From contig BROI01000002.1 of the NCBI GenBank assembly GCA_027923505.1, positions 496,001 to 560,000 of the forward strand: a stretch of DNA of 64,000 bases, given 5' to 3'. The position numbers and the translations under genes were made by a program. This document shows, piece by piece, positions 10,049 through 21,526 of this stretch. The notes beneath the pieces are model-generated. The model saw nothing but the letters and a program-made list of their open reading frames with translations. It was not told the DNA's origin and searched no databases. Origin of the DNA: Mayamaea pseudoterrestris (Eukaryota). Each line of letters starts with the position of its first letter. Position 1 is the stretch's first letter.

Positions 10049-11434
10049 CTACGGAAAGACCCATTCCTTGCTCAATCCCTGTCGTTGCTCGTTGCGCTGC
10101 GACTGGAGCATAATCGTTCGCAACTGCTGCTGGCTGAGAGCTTGAGCAGCGGCAAAGCCAGCCGCAAAGTGAGCAGCTCCTGGCTGCTGCATCAAGTTTG
10201 GTGGCTGCTGCATCAAGTTTGGTGGCTGCTGCGGCGGCGACGGAGGCTGCTGCGGCGGCGACGGAGGCTGCTGCTGACTGCGGTGAACCCCAAAGGCCAA
10301 CTGATTCGCAGCCGCCAAGGCAGAAACCTTGCTATTGACCTGAAAGTGCAAGCCACTTCCTCCATGGTTGTTGTTATTGATGCTGTTCATGGCCATCATA
10401 TTCTTGTTGACAAGAGCCGGGATGGGAATCGGCTCAAAGCAGTCAAGGTTGAGCCCAGCTGACGCACCATAGTTGAAGTTTCGCAACTGGCTCTCGGCCG
10501 CTCCAAGACTCTGGTGAAACGCATTGAGCGCATCATGGTCACGCGGCGTGAGTCCTGAGCTCGCCACCGGTTTGGTGCTCAAGGTTGGCTTGACCGCGTT
10601 CTGGTAGGAACCAGAGTAAATGGGCATGCGCGCCTTTGGTCCGTGCTGGAGCGTAAAGTGGAGCAACACCGAGTCGTCTTCGACTGGCTTTTCCGGAGTC
10701 GGGTACATTTCCGAAATCTTGTAAAAGTCCGGCTCTTGTTCGGGGTCGGCGGCTTGCTTCTCAGAGACACCCGGACGCTTCATCTCCTTGCACAAGTGGG
10801 GAATCCCACGCAAAAAGAGAGGGTGGTAGTACGAGTTGCGGTCGCGTCCTTGGGTGCTGCAAAAGGTTCAAAGTGAAAGATCGTCAGTAAATCAATCATG
10901 GTTTGGACAAATAGACGATAAAGTTAATCAAACTTACATTCGGCGAAATCCCCATCCATTCGCTTGACGAATGAAACTGCTAAACTTGGAATGCTCAAAG
11001 AAGCGGGGAATCACGCGAACCTCAAACTCACGCGGCTTGAGGACCCTCCAGCTGCGGCCATGCGGCATCCAAGCAACCACGTCAACAAGCTCCGGCATGC
11101 TCAAGATGCAATGCATCTTTGCCACAAAATTCGCAACTCGGCCAGGCGGAGTCAGCGGAATCAACGGGTCATTGTCCTTGACGCGAGAATAGTCGCGGTA
11201 GTAAAAGAACGGATACGGCTTGAGCTCCGTCTCTTCCGTCGGGTTAGGATCATGCTGCGGCTCGGCCGCAGGAGGGAGCGGCAAAGAATCAAAGAAATCG
11301 TGACTGGTTGGTTTAGGCCTCTTGGAATAGGCCTCGTCCCCTGCAAGCTCGACTGGGCTGTCGCGGTTGCGCTTGTAGGCGAGCGCCGCGAAGGCAGACG
11401 CCGCTTCATGCTCGTCCGCGTTAAAGATATCCAT
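10049..11434 (-). CDS. Heat shock transcription factor family protein (exons 11434-10938, 10856-10049)
   Basis: FVAKMHCIL...VAWMPHGRSW...FEHSKFSSFIRQANGWGFRR|ITQGRDRNSYYHPLFLRGIPH across an 81-bp GT-AG intron; Q/P-rich C-terminal tail. Confidence 0.9.
10181..10274. repeat. Coding 21-bp minisatellite (~4.5 units; QQPPSPP x2, QQPPNLM x2)
   Basis: TGGCTGCTGCATCAAGTTTGG x2, then (T/A)GGCTGCTGCGGCGGCGACGG x2. Confidence 0.9.
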
Positions 11435-12096
11435 GGTCAGTCTACAACGATTGTCTCCGGATCAACAAGCGTAATGTTGAAAGAAAGGATGCGAGCCGCT
11501 CACACGTCGACCTCTCTCTCCTTGGGTTTGTGCGAGATCATCGCTGTCCGGAGGTGCCGGAATTCGCGGAGTACCACGCGTTTCAACATTGACAAATTTA
11601 GCTTACAAATCCTAAAGAATGCAAATTCGACTTCCGGGTATTCTAGTCACGCCTGGAAAAGAAAGATGCTTGGTTCTTGAAGTTGGCTGGACGAATGGCA
11701 AGCGGCGAATCGTCTGCCAGCTCAAAGAACTGGTTCGGTCATTGGGTCACAGTTGTGTCACGCTCTTCATCACGCTCGCGCGAGTCAAGTCGTCGGATGG
11801 TTCAAGGAAGCGATAACCGAAGGGGGAAACGCACGAGAAGGAATCCCGTCGAAGCGGCCTTGATGCGCGAAACCGCAAGGAAGGATGATCAAGATGCATT
11901 CTTTCCATCCTGGTCTATGCTTGGGCGAATTCTGTCTACGATTGAATGGGTCCCCTTAAATTGAGCGCCCAATGGATGGTTCGATCGAAGTACAATAGTG
12001 AATGACGCCACTGCAACAGCACGTTTAGCTATGTGCTTCTACAAAGGTGAGCAATGCACTGGATCAACGTGCTATGCAGGTGGTGACGTTTAGCAG

Positions 12097-13161
12097 TCAT
12101 GGTCTGGTCTCGTCTGCCAGATACACAAAATCATCTGGCAAGCCAAGAGGTGGAGGTACGCGACTTGTTCGTCCAAACATTTGAACGATCCACTTGGTAC
12201 CTTGCGGCGGGAGTGATTCGTGTATAGTTCGGTCGTCCGCGACTGCAGACAGCGAGTCGGCGGGAAAGAATATGAGCGCCTTGCCCGGCTCCGGTTCGAC
12301 GCCAAACTTTAACACATTAAAGTAGGTTTCTCCTCCACCTTCAACAATGTCATTCAAGTAGCAAATGCAGGTAATGACACGCTGTCCACCCGCATCCATC
12401 CATTCACTTCCGCGCGTTGGCGAGGCATCGCCATGCTTAGCAAAGACTGCTCCCGGATCATACCGCGTTATTACGGGAGCCTCCCACTTGTCCCATGCAT
12501 GATTCGTACTGGTTGAAACGCGATTTACCAAATCCTTTACAAACATCATATCATCTGGTTGATTGAGTGCAACAGCAACGCTGGTGCGAGATGAGTGATT
12601 TGCTTGGAAGCGAACTAAGGGAAGTATGAACCCGAAAGCGAGTAGTAGGCTCGTCGATAGTGCAATGCCAATGTTTGGGAGAGCTGCTTGTGCAATGATC
12701 TGCATGGAATGATCAGCACTGCCTCCATCCTGCAGGACTCGAGCAACTGGTGGGACTCCGGCTAACATAGAGAGAATTGAAAGCGGCCATAGCTTGCCAA
12801 TGTCCAAGCTCACTTCTGGTGGATTCGATCTTGTCATGGGTCGATTGATCTTTTCGGCATATTGCTGGTATGCTCGGCATTCTTTTGCTGAGAGCAAGTG
12901 GTGGATTGTGTAGATCAACGGATCTTGGGACAAGACATTCGTTCGTGGATCTTTTAAAGTCTCTGCTTGCATGGCAACTAAATTGTATGACTCATTTGTA
13001 GCTATTTTGGTGCTGGAGGAGACAGTAGCGTATAGAGACGTCGTCGATGCCGTCCATCCTTTGACAGTTGTTCGAGGCAAACAGAACCCACCAGTCTTGC
13101 GCGCAGTAGTGATAAGGATTATAAGCGTAAGGCTAAGATCTACGTATACCGTCCATTTCAT
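12097..13161 (-). CDS. Prolyl-4-hydroxylase-like 2OG-Fe(II) oxygenase
   Basis: VLSQDPLIYTIHHLLS..EC, KHGD (HxD), QRVITCICYLND..GGGETYF, TIHESLP (distal His) and KW; signal-like N-terminus. Confidence 0.82.
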   Translation of the reverse strand: MKWTVYVDLSLTLIILITTARKTGGFCLPRTTVKGWTASTTSLYATVSSSTKIATNESYNLVAMQAETLKDPRTNVLSQDPLIYTIHHLLSAKECRAYQQYAEKINRPMTRSNPPEVSLDIGKLWPLSILSMLAGVPPVARVLQDGGSADHSMQIIAQAALPNIGIALSTSLLLAFGFILPLVRFQANHSSRTSVAVALNQPDDMMFVKDLVNRVSTSTNHAWDKWEAPVITRYDPGAVFAKHGDASPTRGSEWMDAGGQRVITCICYLNDIVEGGGETYFNVLKFGVEPEPGKALIFFPADSLSAVADDRTIHESLPPQGTKWIVQMFGRTSRVPPPLGLPDDFVYLADETRP

Positions 13162-13378
13162 GTCAGGTTTGAATGCATTTCTAAAGTAGAATGAGTGAGC
13201 CAGAGACGCGGCGGAAGATCATGGCCTCGTGGCAAATCGTCGCAATCCTGCGAGTACCGGTACGATTTTGACAACCATCATTTTTGCGACCGACTCGGCA
13301 CATTGCCAATCGAGCGACTTTAATTACCCGTTATTACAAAGACAACTGCGACGATAGTTTGTGCCAGTATCAAGGGTC

Positions 13379-14341
13379 ATGTTAAGGTGGAATAGTGCAG
13401 TCCTAGTTTTAATTTCTCTGCATCAAATACAGAATGGACTTGCGTTCACACTGGCATCATCGTTCGCTCGCCCAACTTGGCTGCATTCACATCTCGAGTC
13501 AGCAGAAGCACCTGATGATGCCGAAAAACAAGGTGCCATAAGAGATATCGATGTATTAAGCTCCGAACCAATTCGCACCCGAGAGCTGACACCGAATGAA
13601 ATGATGAAGGCACTCAACACGTCTCCACGAAGGATACTTCTTTCTGGACTCGCTTCCACCACCATTGCACTGTCTGCCAACTTTCTAGGAGTTACTAGTA
13701 AAATACTGGAAGCTTTTCCAGAATCTGCGGTTGAAGCTTCTGGTCTAGAAGCATTGTATCCGAGAGGCAACTACAAGCGGTTTCGTGGCCAAGGCTACAC
13801 TTTTCTATTTCCAAAGGAATGGGTGGCCGATAGTGCGCTGGAGCTGGCAAAAGCCACTCGACGAACGGCGAGTCTGGATTATCAAATGAACAAGAGGAGG
13901 AGTTCCGATGCTGCTAATAATGTCGTTCCTGATGCAGCATTAGGGCCACCTGGCCGCTTGGATGGGCGTGGCGTTTCTCAAGCCGACACGAACGTTTCTG
14001 TCGTCTTATCGACTCTGCTACCGGGGTTTTCCTTGAGAGGGACCTTGGGAACTCCGACTGTGGCGGCAGAGACATTTTTGCGTGTCTCGCTGGCTCCCGA
14101 AGGATTGGGCAGAACTGCTTCCTTAATTGACGCATCTGAAGACGAGAGCCGACAGGTCTACGAGTTTGAGTATACCATTGATCGAGGCGATAAGGGACCT
14201 CCGTTGCGGGCTATTTCAATCATTGCCAGTATGCCGGGAGATACCCTGTTGACTCTGACTGTTGTGGCACCAGTCGAGGCATGGGCAACGAGTGACAAAA
14301 AGTTGCGGAAGATTGCGTCAAGCTTCCATTCAACCTATTAA
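13379..14341 (+). CDS. PsbP-domain thylakoid lumen protein
   Basis: Signal peptide plus GLA-F cleavage motif, SPRRILL tat-like segment, YTFLFPKEW, NVSVV and YEFEY...LTVVAP..W....LRKIASSF. Confidence 0.75.
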   Translation: MLRWNSAVLVLISLHQIQNGLAFTLASSFARPTWLHSHLESAEAPDDAEKQGAIRDIDVLSSEPIRTRELTPNEMMKALNTSPRRILLSGLASTTIALSANFLGVTSKILEAFPESAVEASGLEALYPRGNYKRFRGQGYTFLFPKEWVADSALELAKATRRTASLDYQMNKRRSSDAANNVVPDAALGPPGRLDGRGVSQADTNVSVVLSTLLPGFSLRGTLGTPTVAAETFLRVSLAPEGLGRTASLIDASEDESRQVYEFEYTIDRGDKGPPLRAISIIASMPGDTLLTLTVVAPVEAWATSDKKLRKIASSFHSTY

Positions 14342-14850
14342 CTGCTATGTATGCTAACTTTCACCCATTACTATTCTGTATCAGTAGTTACGAACGCTTA
14401 CAGTAGCAATTGGAAACTTGATGTTTATCGCAAACAGATCTTACGATAGATGCTGCCGTGTCGGGGAATCTATCGTCACAAGCGATAGGGACAGCAAACC
14501 GCAAACGTCGCATGGTGCATCATCACAGCCCATCGCATGCGTCAATCAGTCAGTCGTCTGTAATTTCTGGAACTGAGTAAGCGAGGCAATATATAAACGA
14601 AACCCTTGACGCGTTTGATATTTACTCATGACAACACTGGCATAGTTCAAGGATGACATCATCCACGTCAACCTTGTTTCCACTTAAACCACTTATAGTG
14701 CTCTATGATGAAAGCAGTATTTGTGACACGTTGGTCATCGGCTTCTGACGTACTGAATCTTTTTCGTCAAGTTGCCGATTGGCCTTCCTATATTCGCCCG
14801 CAGCTCCATAATCTGCATCCAGATAAGCAACAACTGCATCAAACGAGAAA

Positions 14851-15615
14851 ATGATGTGCAAGGCTGGATCCCAGAGTTTACTGGCCAAGGGCTCGTCCAT
14901 CAGCTCTCTAAAATCTCTGTCTCCGTCATCCTCCGTTTCCGAATCTGGCGGACGACGACTTGGCCAAGGTCTGTCGCGGATGCAACGATCGTCATCATCG
15001 CTGTATTTGCATGGCATGTCCTTTGAATCATCGGCTTCGAGCAGAGGCAACTCATTCTCATCACAGCTACAGTCCAGTAACAAGTTTAAGCTACAAAGCG
15101 ATGCTTCCGACACCAAGAAAAATCACTCGATATTTCACGAAGCAGGAGGAGCCAAATTGGCACCATACATCCTTCTACTGGCACTGGCAATTCAGATTCC
15201 GACAATCTTTGACGAGCTCGTTGAAGCCATTGACCAGCATCTCCACTCAATCCCACTTCTTGTCATGTTTGGAATTGTTCCTTCAGTGTTTTGGATGCGA
15301 GGAAAGAAGCATTCGTCAATGAATGCGGAAGACGATGCACCAAGGTCACGAGAGGAATTCTTGTCCATGATCCGGTCCATGGCTTCTGTAGAATCTGTCA
15401 ACCAATACGAGGAAACTCAACCAACACCGAGGTTTCGGCCGTCCTCGGACGCTCCCGCATTTGACGAATGGGGCCATTTTGCCGAGCTCGACGAGACCGC
15501 ATTGGAGGAGAAGGATGTTTGCTTCATCATGAGCCCATCATCCAGTCGTCGCTCCTCCACAAGCCTTGGCACCCTTCCCGAAGAGCTTGACGAGGAGGAC
15601 GACTTTAGTTTCTGA
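14851..15615 (+). CDS. Hypothetical Ser-rich protein with two hydrophobic segments
   Basis: 254-aa ATG ORF with two TM-like stretches and a DEWGHFA motif; no family recognised. Confidence 0.6.
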   Translation: MMCKAGSQSLLAKGSSISSLKSLSPSSSVSESGGRRLGQGLSRMQRSSSSLYLHGMSFESSASSRGNSFSSQLQSSNKFKLQSDASDTKKNHSIFHEAGGAKLAPYILLLALAIQIPTIFDELVEAIDQHLHSIPLLVMFGIVPSVFWMRGKKHSSMNAEDDAPRSREEFLSMIRSMASVESVNQYEETQPTPRFRPSSDAPAFDEWGHFAELDETALEEKDVCFIMSPSSSRRSSTSLGTLPEELDEEDDFSF

Positions 15616-16042
15616 GTCAACTTTTGACCTCTGCTGCCACAAACGAAATACTTCCTTGCAACGATCCACTTGTTGCTGCCAAGTACACTGCACATACACT
15701 ACCAACTGCACAAATTGCTACTCCATTTTCGCTATAACTGTACATACATAATCAGCTACGCTATAAAATACGTTTTTTACTTCTTTGTGAGCATTGCAAA
15801 GGGCCGGTCAACACAGTACAAGTTCCGGTACCGTAGCTATTCAATCGTGTACGATTAACCAACCAAAAGCCGATGCGATGTCTATCGGATATTTATGCGA
15901 CATGGCATGTGAGGGCAGCGCAGTCGCGCACCGATCAACAAGCTGACCACGATGAACCCGCAGATCTTCGAATGCAAGCAAACTAATCAGCACGTAATAA
16001 TGTACAGACAGACAGCAAGGTTATAAAGGGTTTGGGGATATA

Positions 16043-17464
16043 ATGCGATCCATGCAACTGCCACATCGACTTCAAAAGGAGACAAATCCAAGCATTCGAA
16101 TTCTCGCCATTGCATCCATGATAATTTCCTCCTCCCAGTCCTTTACTGTTCTGAGTCACTATCGACAACGTCTATCTCTGCTTGCTCGGTCGCTTTCGTC
16201 CGATATGGACGAGTTAATGAATGACGTTCTGAACGGCAATAATTTGATGAACATGAACGAGCAAGCGCAGATTGATTCAGATAGTGGTAAGGGATGGATG
16301 ACCATTGATTGGGAAAAGGCTTCGACGGCAATGAATCAGCAATTCACGAAACCATCTCCAGTGGAAGCACTCATGATTGACGATCGACTCGTGCACCTCA
16401 AGCGCGACGACCAGTTGCGGCTGCCGGGTTCGCAAATTTCAGGCAACAAGGCACGAAAGATGCTGGCTCTCAGCAATTTGGCATCAACAGACTTTCCTCA
16501 ATGCATTGTGAGCTACGGAGGTCCTCAAAGTAACGCCATGGTGGCTCTCGCCGCCGTGGTTCGCTATCGAAACGATGAAGATCGTGGAATCGGCTTGGAT
16601 CCAAAAAGGTTCGTCTACTACACCAAGAAACTTCCTCGATTTCTAAAGAATCAACCGAGCGGGAATCTATTTCGGGCCATGTCTTTAGGAATGGAGCTTG
16701 TGGAGCTTTCACCATCTGATTACAATCAACTGTTTGGTGGCGAGTGGGGAGGCCGTCAGAGCGCACCGCAAGCGTTGAATCCACCCGTTCCAGGCAAGTC
16801 ACTTTGGATACCACAGGGAGGCGCATCAATCATGGCACTGGATGGAGCCCGGCAGCTTGCAACGGAGATTCGAGATTTTTGGTCAAGGCGAGGAGAAGGC
16901 CAGCCGCTCTTGGTGTTTGTTCCTGGGGGTACATGCTCGACGGGCGTGCTGCTTCATCGAGCGATCAAGCAGCAATCGAAGGAGCACGGCGACACGGAAT
17001 GTGACATTGAGGTGGTAGTTGTTCCGTGCGTCGGTGATGAAGAATACGCCCGCCGTCAAATGATGATGCTGAATGCTGCAATAACTGCGGAATCGGCGGA
17101 TGACATACCAATCATTTTGCCACCCACTCCCATTCCATCAATTTGCAATGATGAACCTGCACTATCTACCTCTGATAGTCAGTATTTTCAGTTTGGAGAG
17201 CCTCATGCTTCAATTCTCGAAACTTTTCGCCGCATGGAGGAGGAGCATGAGGTTCCTGTTGACCTCCTCTACAACGCACCAGCGCTGACCATCATGTTTC
17301 GTCACTGGCGCACTACTTTTGCCTCGGATGCAAGATATGCAAACAAGGCCATTATGTACGTGCATAGTGGCGGATTGGAAGGCGTCAACAGCCAATTGCT
17401 GCGTTACCGACACAAGGGTTTAGTGGAACTTGACGACATTCAACTCCCAGGACGCAAACAATGA
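16043..17464 (+). CDS. PLP-dependent D-cysteine desulfhydrase / ACC deaminase-like enzyme
   Basis: LKRDD...SGNKARK (PLP lysine), SYGGPQSNAM, IPQGG, PGGTCST, VDLLY and VHSGG. Confidence 0.85.
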   Translation: MRSMQLPHRLQKETNPSIRILAIASMIISSSQSFTVLSHYRQRLSLLARSLSSDMDELMNDVLNGNNLMNMNEQAQIDSDSGKGWMTIDWEKASTAMNQQFTKPSPVEALMIDDRLVHLKRDDQLRLPGSQISGNKARKMLALSNLASTDFPQCIVSYGGPQSNAMVALAAVVRYRNDEDRGIGLDPKRFVYYTKKLPRFLKNQPSGNLFRAMSLGMELVELSPSDYNQLFGGEWGGRQSAPQALNPPVPGKSLWIPQGGASIMALDGARQLATEIRDFWSRRGEGQPLLVFVPGGTCSTGVLLHRAIKQQSKEHGDTECDIEVVVVPCVGDEEYARRQMMMLNAAITAESADDIPIILPPTPIPSICNDEPALSTSDSQYFQFGEPHASILETFRRMEEEHEVPVDLLYNAPALTIMFRHWRTTFASDARYANKAIMYVHSGGLEGVNSQLLRYRHKGLVELDDIQLPGRKQ

Positions 17465-18098
17465 GCGAGAGGTGCGCTGCCTTCTTCTAAACCCTTTTTT
17501 GTGCAGTTGTACATCATGTTGATTTGCAATTAGAATGGTGGCAGGCTTGCAATAGTCCATCTCACTTTGGCAATTATTACGTCGTATTCTCGATGTTTGC
17601 GAGATGAACGATTGGTGCAGCGGCGGGAGAATGTTCTGCGCCGCGGTTGCAAAAAGTCGGTGAATGTTGGCTTGATTCGCACTTGGCTTACCTACCACCT
17701 GTTCGTTCCGTATGTACATAGGCAATTTGTGCAAATCCTGTATGCAGTGTATACAACGATTAGATAACCGACTAAACAATCCAGTGAAGACAGCGTAGTC
17801 GCATTGGTCATTGAAATGAGTCATTCTTTGTTCAGTCGGTCATAGAAAAGCACGACACTGAAACAAAGTGTACACATCTATGATGTTGCACGTGACTCAA
17901 CGAACAGCTTCAAGTGGCAAGGACGACATCGAGTGACCGGAGTTGCGCCGTCAACGATGATGATCACACCGAAGGCCAAACTGCCTGAAGAAACAACTGT
18001 TAGCCTTGCAATCAAATACATCTCTGTAGAGACTAGTTGAAGGGGTTGGTATTTGCCTGCAAAAGTTAGCTACCATAACGTCACGGTCCGGTTCCACC

Positions 18099-19704
18099 AT
18101 GATTCTTCTCCCAGAGGATTTTCAGCCTGGCGAAGATGATGGTGCGTCGTCGCATGTGTTCCATTGGCATCATTTTGTTGAAGTTTCGTCATCATATTTT
18201 CACTTGTGTGTTGACACCGACATTGCGTGAATGATGAGCTTATTGCATTCCTGTTTCTTACGCTGTCTGAACTGCTTTGCCGTCACATTCAACAGTGATC
18301 TGCGGTCGCGGAAAGAAATGTTACAACCACCTTGGCAACGAACGATTTCGTATACACGTCATGGGTATGCTGGATGAGTACTCGAGAGCAAAGTCGAAAC
18401 TCGACAAGTCGGGCGTTCTTGCGACAGTCGTTGCTCAAATAAGATCCAAGACGCCGAATGGGGGATTTGTAAAGCAAGATCAGTATGATCGATGGTATGA
18501 AGTAGGAGATTTCTTGGCCAAGGAGAAAACATCGCAAGCTTTTCGCGATGCTTTGCATGAGCGATACAAGTCCAGTAACGTTTCGAAAAAGAAGCGACGA
18601 CAGGAGGAACAGACGCGAGCGATCGATCGATTCAGAGGGATTTCGCGGTCACACTCCGACGGCCCGGGGATCGAATGGCTAGCTCTTTCGGGAAGTGGCG
18701 ATGGATCCATGTCTACTAGTAAGTCAACGTACGGTTTGTGTTGGTCTTGTTTGTTAATCATTGGCATTACGCATGATGCTCAGCTGCTGTCTTGTAACTA
18801 TCGAGCAGGAACAACAGGTGCCGACATGTATCAGACCGCAAACATGGAAGCTTTAGCCCGGCTTAACAGAATGAACGATCTTAGCTTGTCGGCAAATCGT
18901 TTAGACAGACCCCAAGCACCCATGCGCGCACACAGCTCGTTAGGCTTCAGTAGTAGTTTTTACTCGGAAACAATTGGAAGTAACAGCGATCCTCTCATTG
19001 GCGATTTCGCGCAAAACAACTCATATTTGCCCAGCATGGCATTCTCAAGCGGTAGCTTGACACAATCACATGCATCGTCGTCATCTGTTCCTCCTTCGCC
19101 AATGATGTATGGGTCAATGCCAAGCAGCAGAAACGTTGGATCGCAGGAGCCTTTGGATGCCTACCAGACATCAACGGCGCAGAATGATTTGGAAATGTTT
19201 GACATAATCTCACCACCAAGCAGGGCAACACAATTTGTTGGTCGATCCTTTTCTGACCAGTCGCATCATTCCATGCCCGACTTGACTCGGTCTTCCGACT
19301 GGGGCCCGACGGAACCGCGACCCGGAAATCGAAAGCGACACAACTCGGCGCCAGACTTGAATTACACTGGCGACGATGATGACTCGATTGACGACGTGGA
19401 GCTTGATCCCATTCCTTATGAGGAGTTTACCCCGCGGCCACCGTCGCCGAGAAAGACAATCGGCATGGAGCAGTTCAAGAAACCAATCTCCATGACGCTC
19501 AGTCCAACGTCTCCATCCGTGGCTGTTTCGGCTGACCTTTTGGCATGTTTAGAGAAGCTGAATGGTTCCGCCATTACCGACAATAATCCATTTGAACCAA
19601 TGCCCATGAGAAATGATCGCAGTACAGGAATGATGGATGAAGAAAAGGTGAACAGGAAAATGCATCAGTCGGCCTTTGACAGGCTCCAGCCGCCACTTAC
19701 CTAA
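18099..19704 (+). CDS. DUF6824-like domain protein (exons 18099-18141, 18296-19704; probable in-frame intron 18719-18808)
   Basis: The spliced start reads MILLPEDFQPGEDD|VICGRGKKCYNHLGNERFR...GGFVK...WYEVGDFLAKEKTSQAFRD, the motif set of this diatom-expanded family. Confidence 0.8.
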
Positions 19705-19885
19705 TGGCTGTGATATTTATAATAAGAGTAAAAAGTAGGTTTTTTCACATAGACGAATTGTTCATCCATCTACCGGTATGGGTATTTGCTTTCCTGCCAA
19801 CACCTTGATACGTCCTCGGCAGGAATCACATAGCGTGTCGCATCGGTCTCATTTTATCCATCGACGTCGCTGCAAAAATGTGACC

Positions 19886-21304
19886 ATGGCACAAACTTGC
19901 ATTCAGCGACTTCCATCTGGAGCAGGCATGAACCATCCTTCGCCAAACGATATTGTCAGTGATGATGAAGGAGAAGAGCTCGTGCTGGTCGCAATGAAAG
20001 AAATACATTTAGACAGCCAAAACGGCAACATCAGCGTAACGAACGCCTCTGAAACTGTCACTGATAATGCGCAGCATTTCGTTCTTCCGCCTTGTCCGGT
20101 CACAATCCTCAGCGGCTTTCTCGGCAGCGGCAAGACGACGCTCATTAGCTACATTTTAAAGTCGCCAGATCATGGGAAACGGATTGCTGTCATTGAGAAC
20201 GAATTTGGAGACGGCCTCGACGTTGAATCCATGATTGCGCGCGATGGTTCGCAAAACAATGCCAGTCTTCAGGAACTGATCGAGTTACCAAATGGATGCG
20301 TTTGCTGCACTGTCAAGGATTCTTTGGTGTCTTGTCTTGAAAATTTGATTACGAAACGCAAGGATCTGGATTATATTCTAATTGAATGTTCCGGAATGGC
20401 GAATCCCGGTCCGATCGCGAGCTTGTTTTGGTTGGATGATGCTCTCGAGTCAAGGCTGCGCCTGGACGGCATTGTCACCTTGGTGGACGCCAAGCATATA
20501 AAGCAGCAGTTACAAGAAACGGAGGAAGCGGCGCAGCAAATTGCGTTTGCGGATCGAGTGCTTCTGAACAAGACGGATCTTGTCGAGTCGACGAGTGAGG
20601 TGCGAGTCGCGATTGAAAAAATACACCCCACAGCTAACATAAAAGAGACGACTTATTCGCAGGTCCCAGATCTTGACTGGATATTGGACGCCAACTGCTA
20701 CTCGGCGGATCGTTTGGAGGAACTGGAGCGTGCATCCGGTGCGTTGCATGCAGGTCAACATCATGGCAGCAATGGGCACCATCACTCGCATGACCACGAT
20801 GATGCAGCTTGTAGCATTTGCATGACACATGGCCATCGACATACATCCGATATATCAACCATATCGCTGGTAGAGTCTGGAACCATTGTTTTGATACGCC
20901 TTGACCGGTGGCTGGGCTCGATTCTTTGGCCCAATCAGGATGAGCAAGTAAGCAGCTCGGATGATGGTTCCAAAGGCAAGTATTCCTCTAATACTAGCCA
21001 GCAAGTCTCAGCGCATTTCAAACAAACAGGTCCACAAATCTATCGCATCAAGGGTATACTATCTGTCAAGCACTGTCACGGCTACGATCACGAAGATGAA
21101 AGTTCCGAGTACATTGATGCGGCAACTGGAATCGATTCGAGGCGACACATTGTCCAAGCCGTGCATGACTTGTGGGAAGTTCGTCCAGCAAGTGATGCTT
21201 TGCAATGGAGCAAAAACGAGGAACGAGTCTGCAAGCTTGTCGTGATTGGGAAGCGCTTGGAGAAGGAGAACTTGCGGAAAGGGTTTCGAGCGTGCTTTGA
21301 TTAA
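19886..21304 (+). CDS. COG0523/CobW-family GTPase metallochaperone, copy 2
   Basis: Identical to 47..1465; an extra in-frame ATG exists at 19778. Confidence 0.92.
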   Translation: MAQTCIQRLPSGAGMNHPSPNDIVSDDEGEELVLVAMKEIHLDSQNGNISVTNASETVTDNAQHFVLPPCPVTILSGFLGSGKTTLISYILKSPDHGKRIAVIENEFGDGLDVESMIARDGSQNNASLQELIELPNGCVCCTVKDSLVSCLENLITKRKDLDYILIECSGMANPGPIASLFWLDDALESRLRLDGIVTLVDAKHIKQQLQETEEAAQQIAFADRVLLNKTDLVESTSEVRVAIEKIHPTANIKETTYSQVPDLDWILDANCYSADRLEELERASGALHAGQHHGSNGHHHSHDHDDAACSICMTHGHRHTSDISTISLVESGTIVLIRLDRWLGSILWPNQDEQVSSSDDGSKGKYSSNTSQQVSAHFKQTGPQIYRIKGILSVKHCHGYDHEDESSEYIDAATGIDSRRHIVQAVHDLWEVRPASDALQWSKNEERVCKLVVIGKRLEKENLRKGFRACFD

Positions 21305-21526
21305 CTTTTACTGTGGACAATAAATTATCAGACGATCGGACAAACAACATCATGACTACATGGCAACAGTTGGACTGTATTTAATGCAGAGTTTCAGCAG
21401 CAGCGGGTGAAACTCCTCAACAGATTTGTTTAAAGTGACGATTAAGAAGTGTTTATATTTATACTTCTAGCTTGCCCAAGCATATTCTGTGGCGGCGAGA
21501 CAACTGCACGTTACTTTTTGCACTCA

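Noticed and set aside
10181..10274. Regularly spaced short repeats as a CRISPR array
   Set aside because: Tandem in-frame coding units with no unique spacers and no cas genes.
10964..11680. 238-aa plus-strand ORF (and similar long shadow ORFs such as 1744..2355 and 42377..43219)
   Set aside because: Antisense to well-supported genes with no recognisable motifs; expected in GC-balanced coding DNA.
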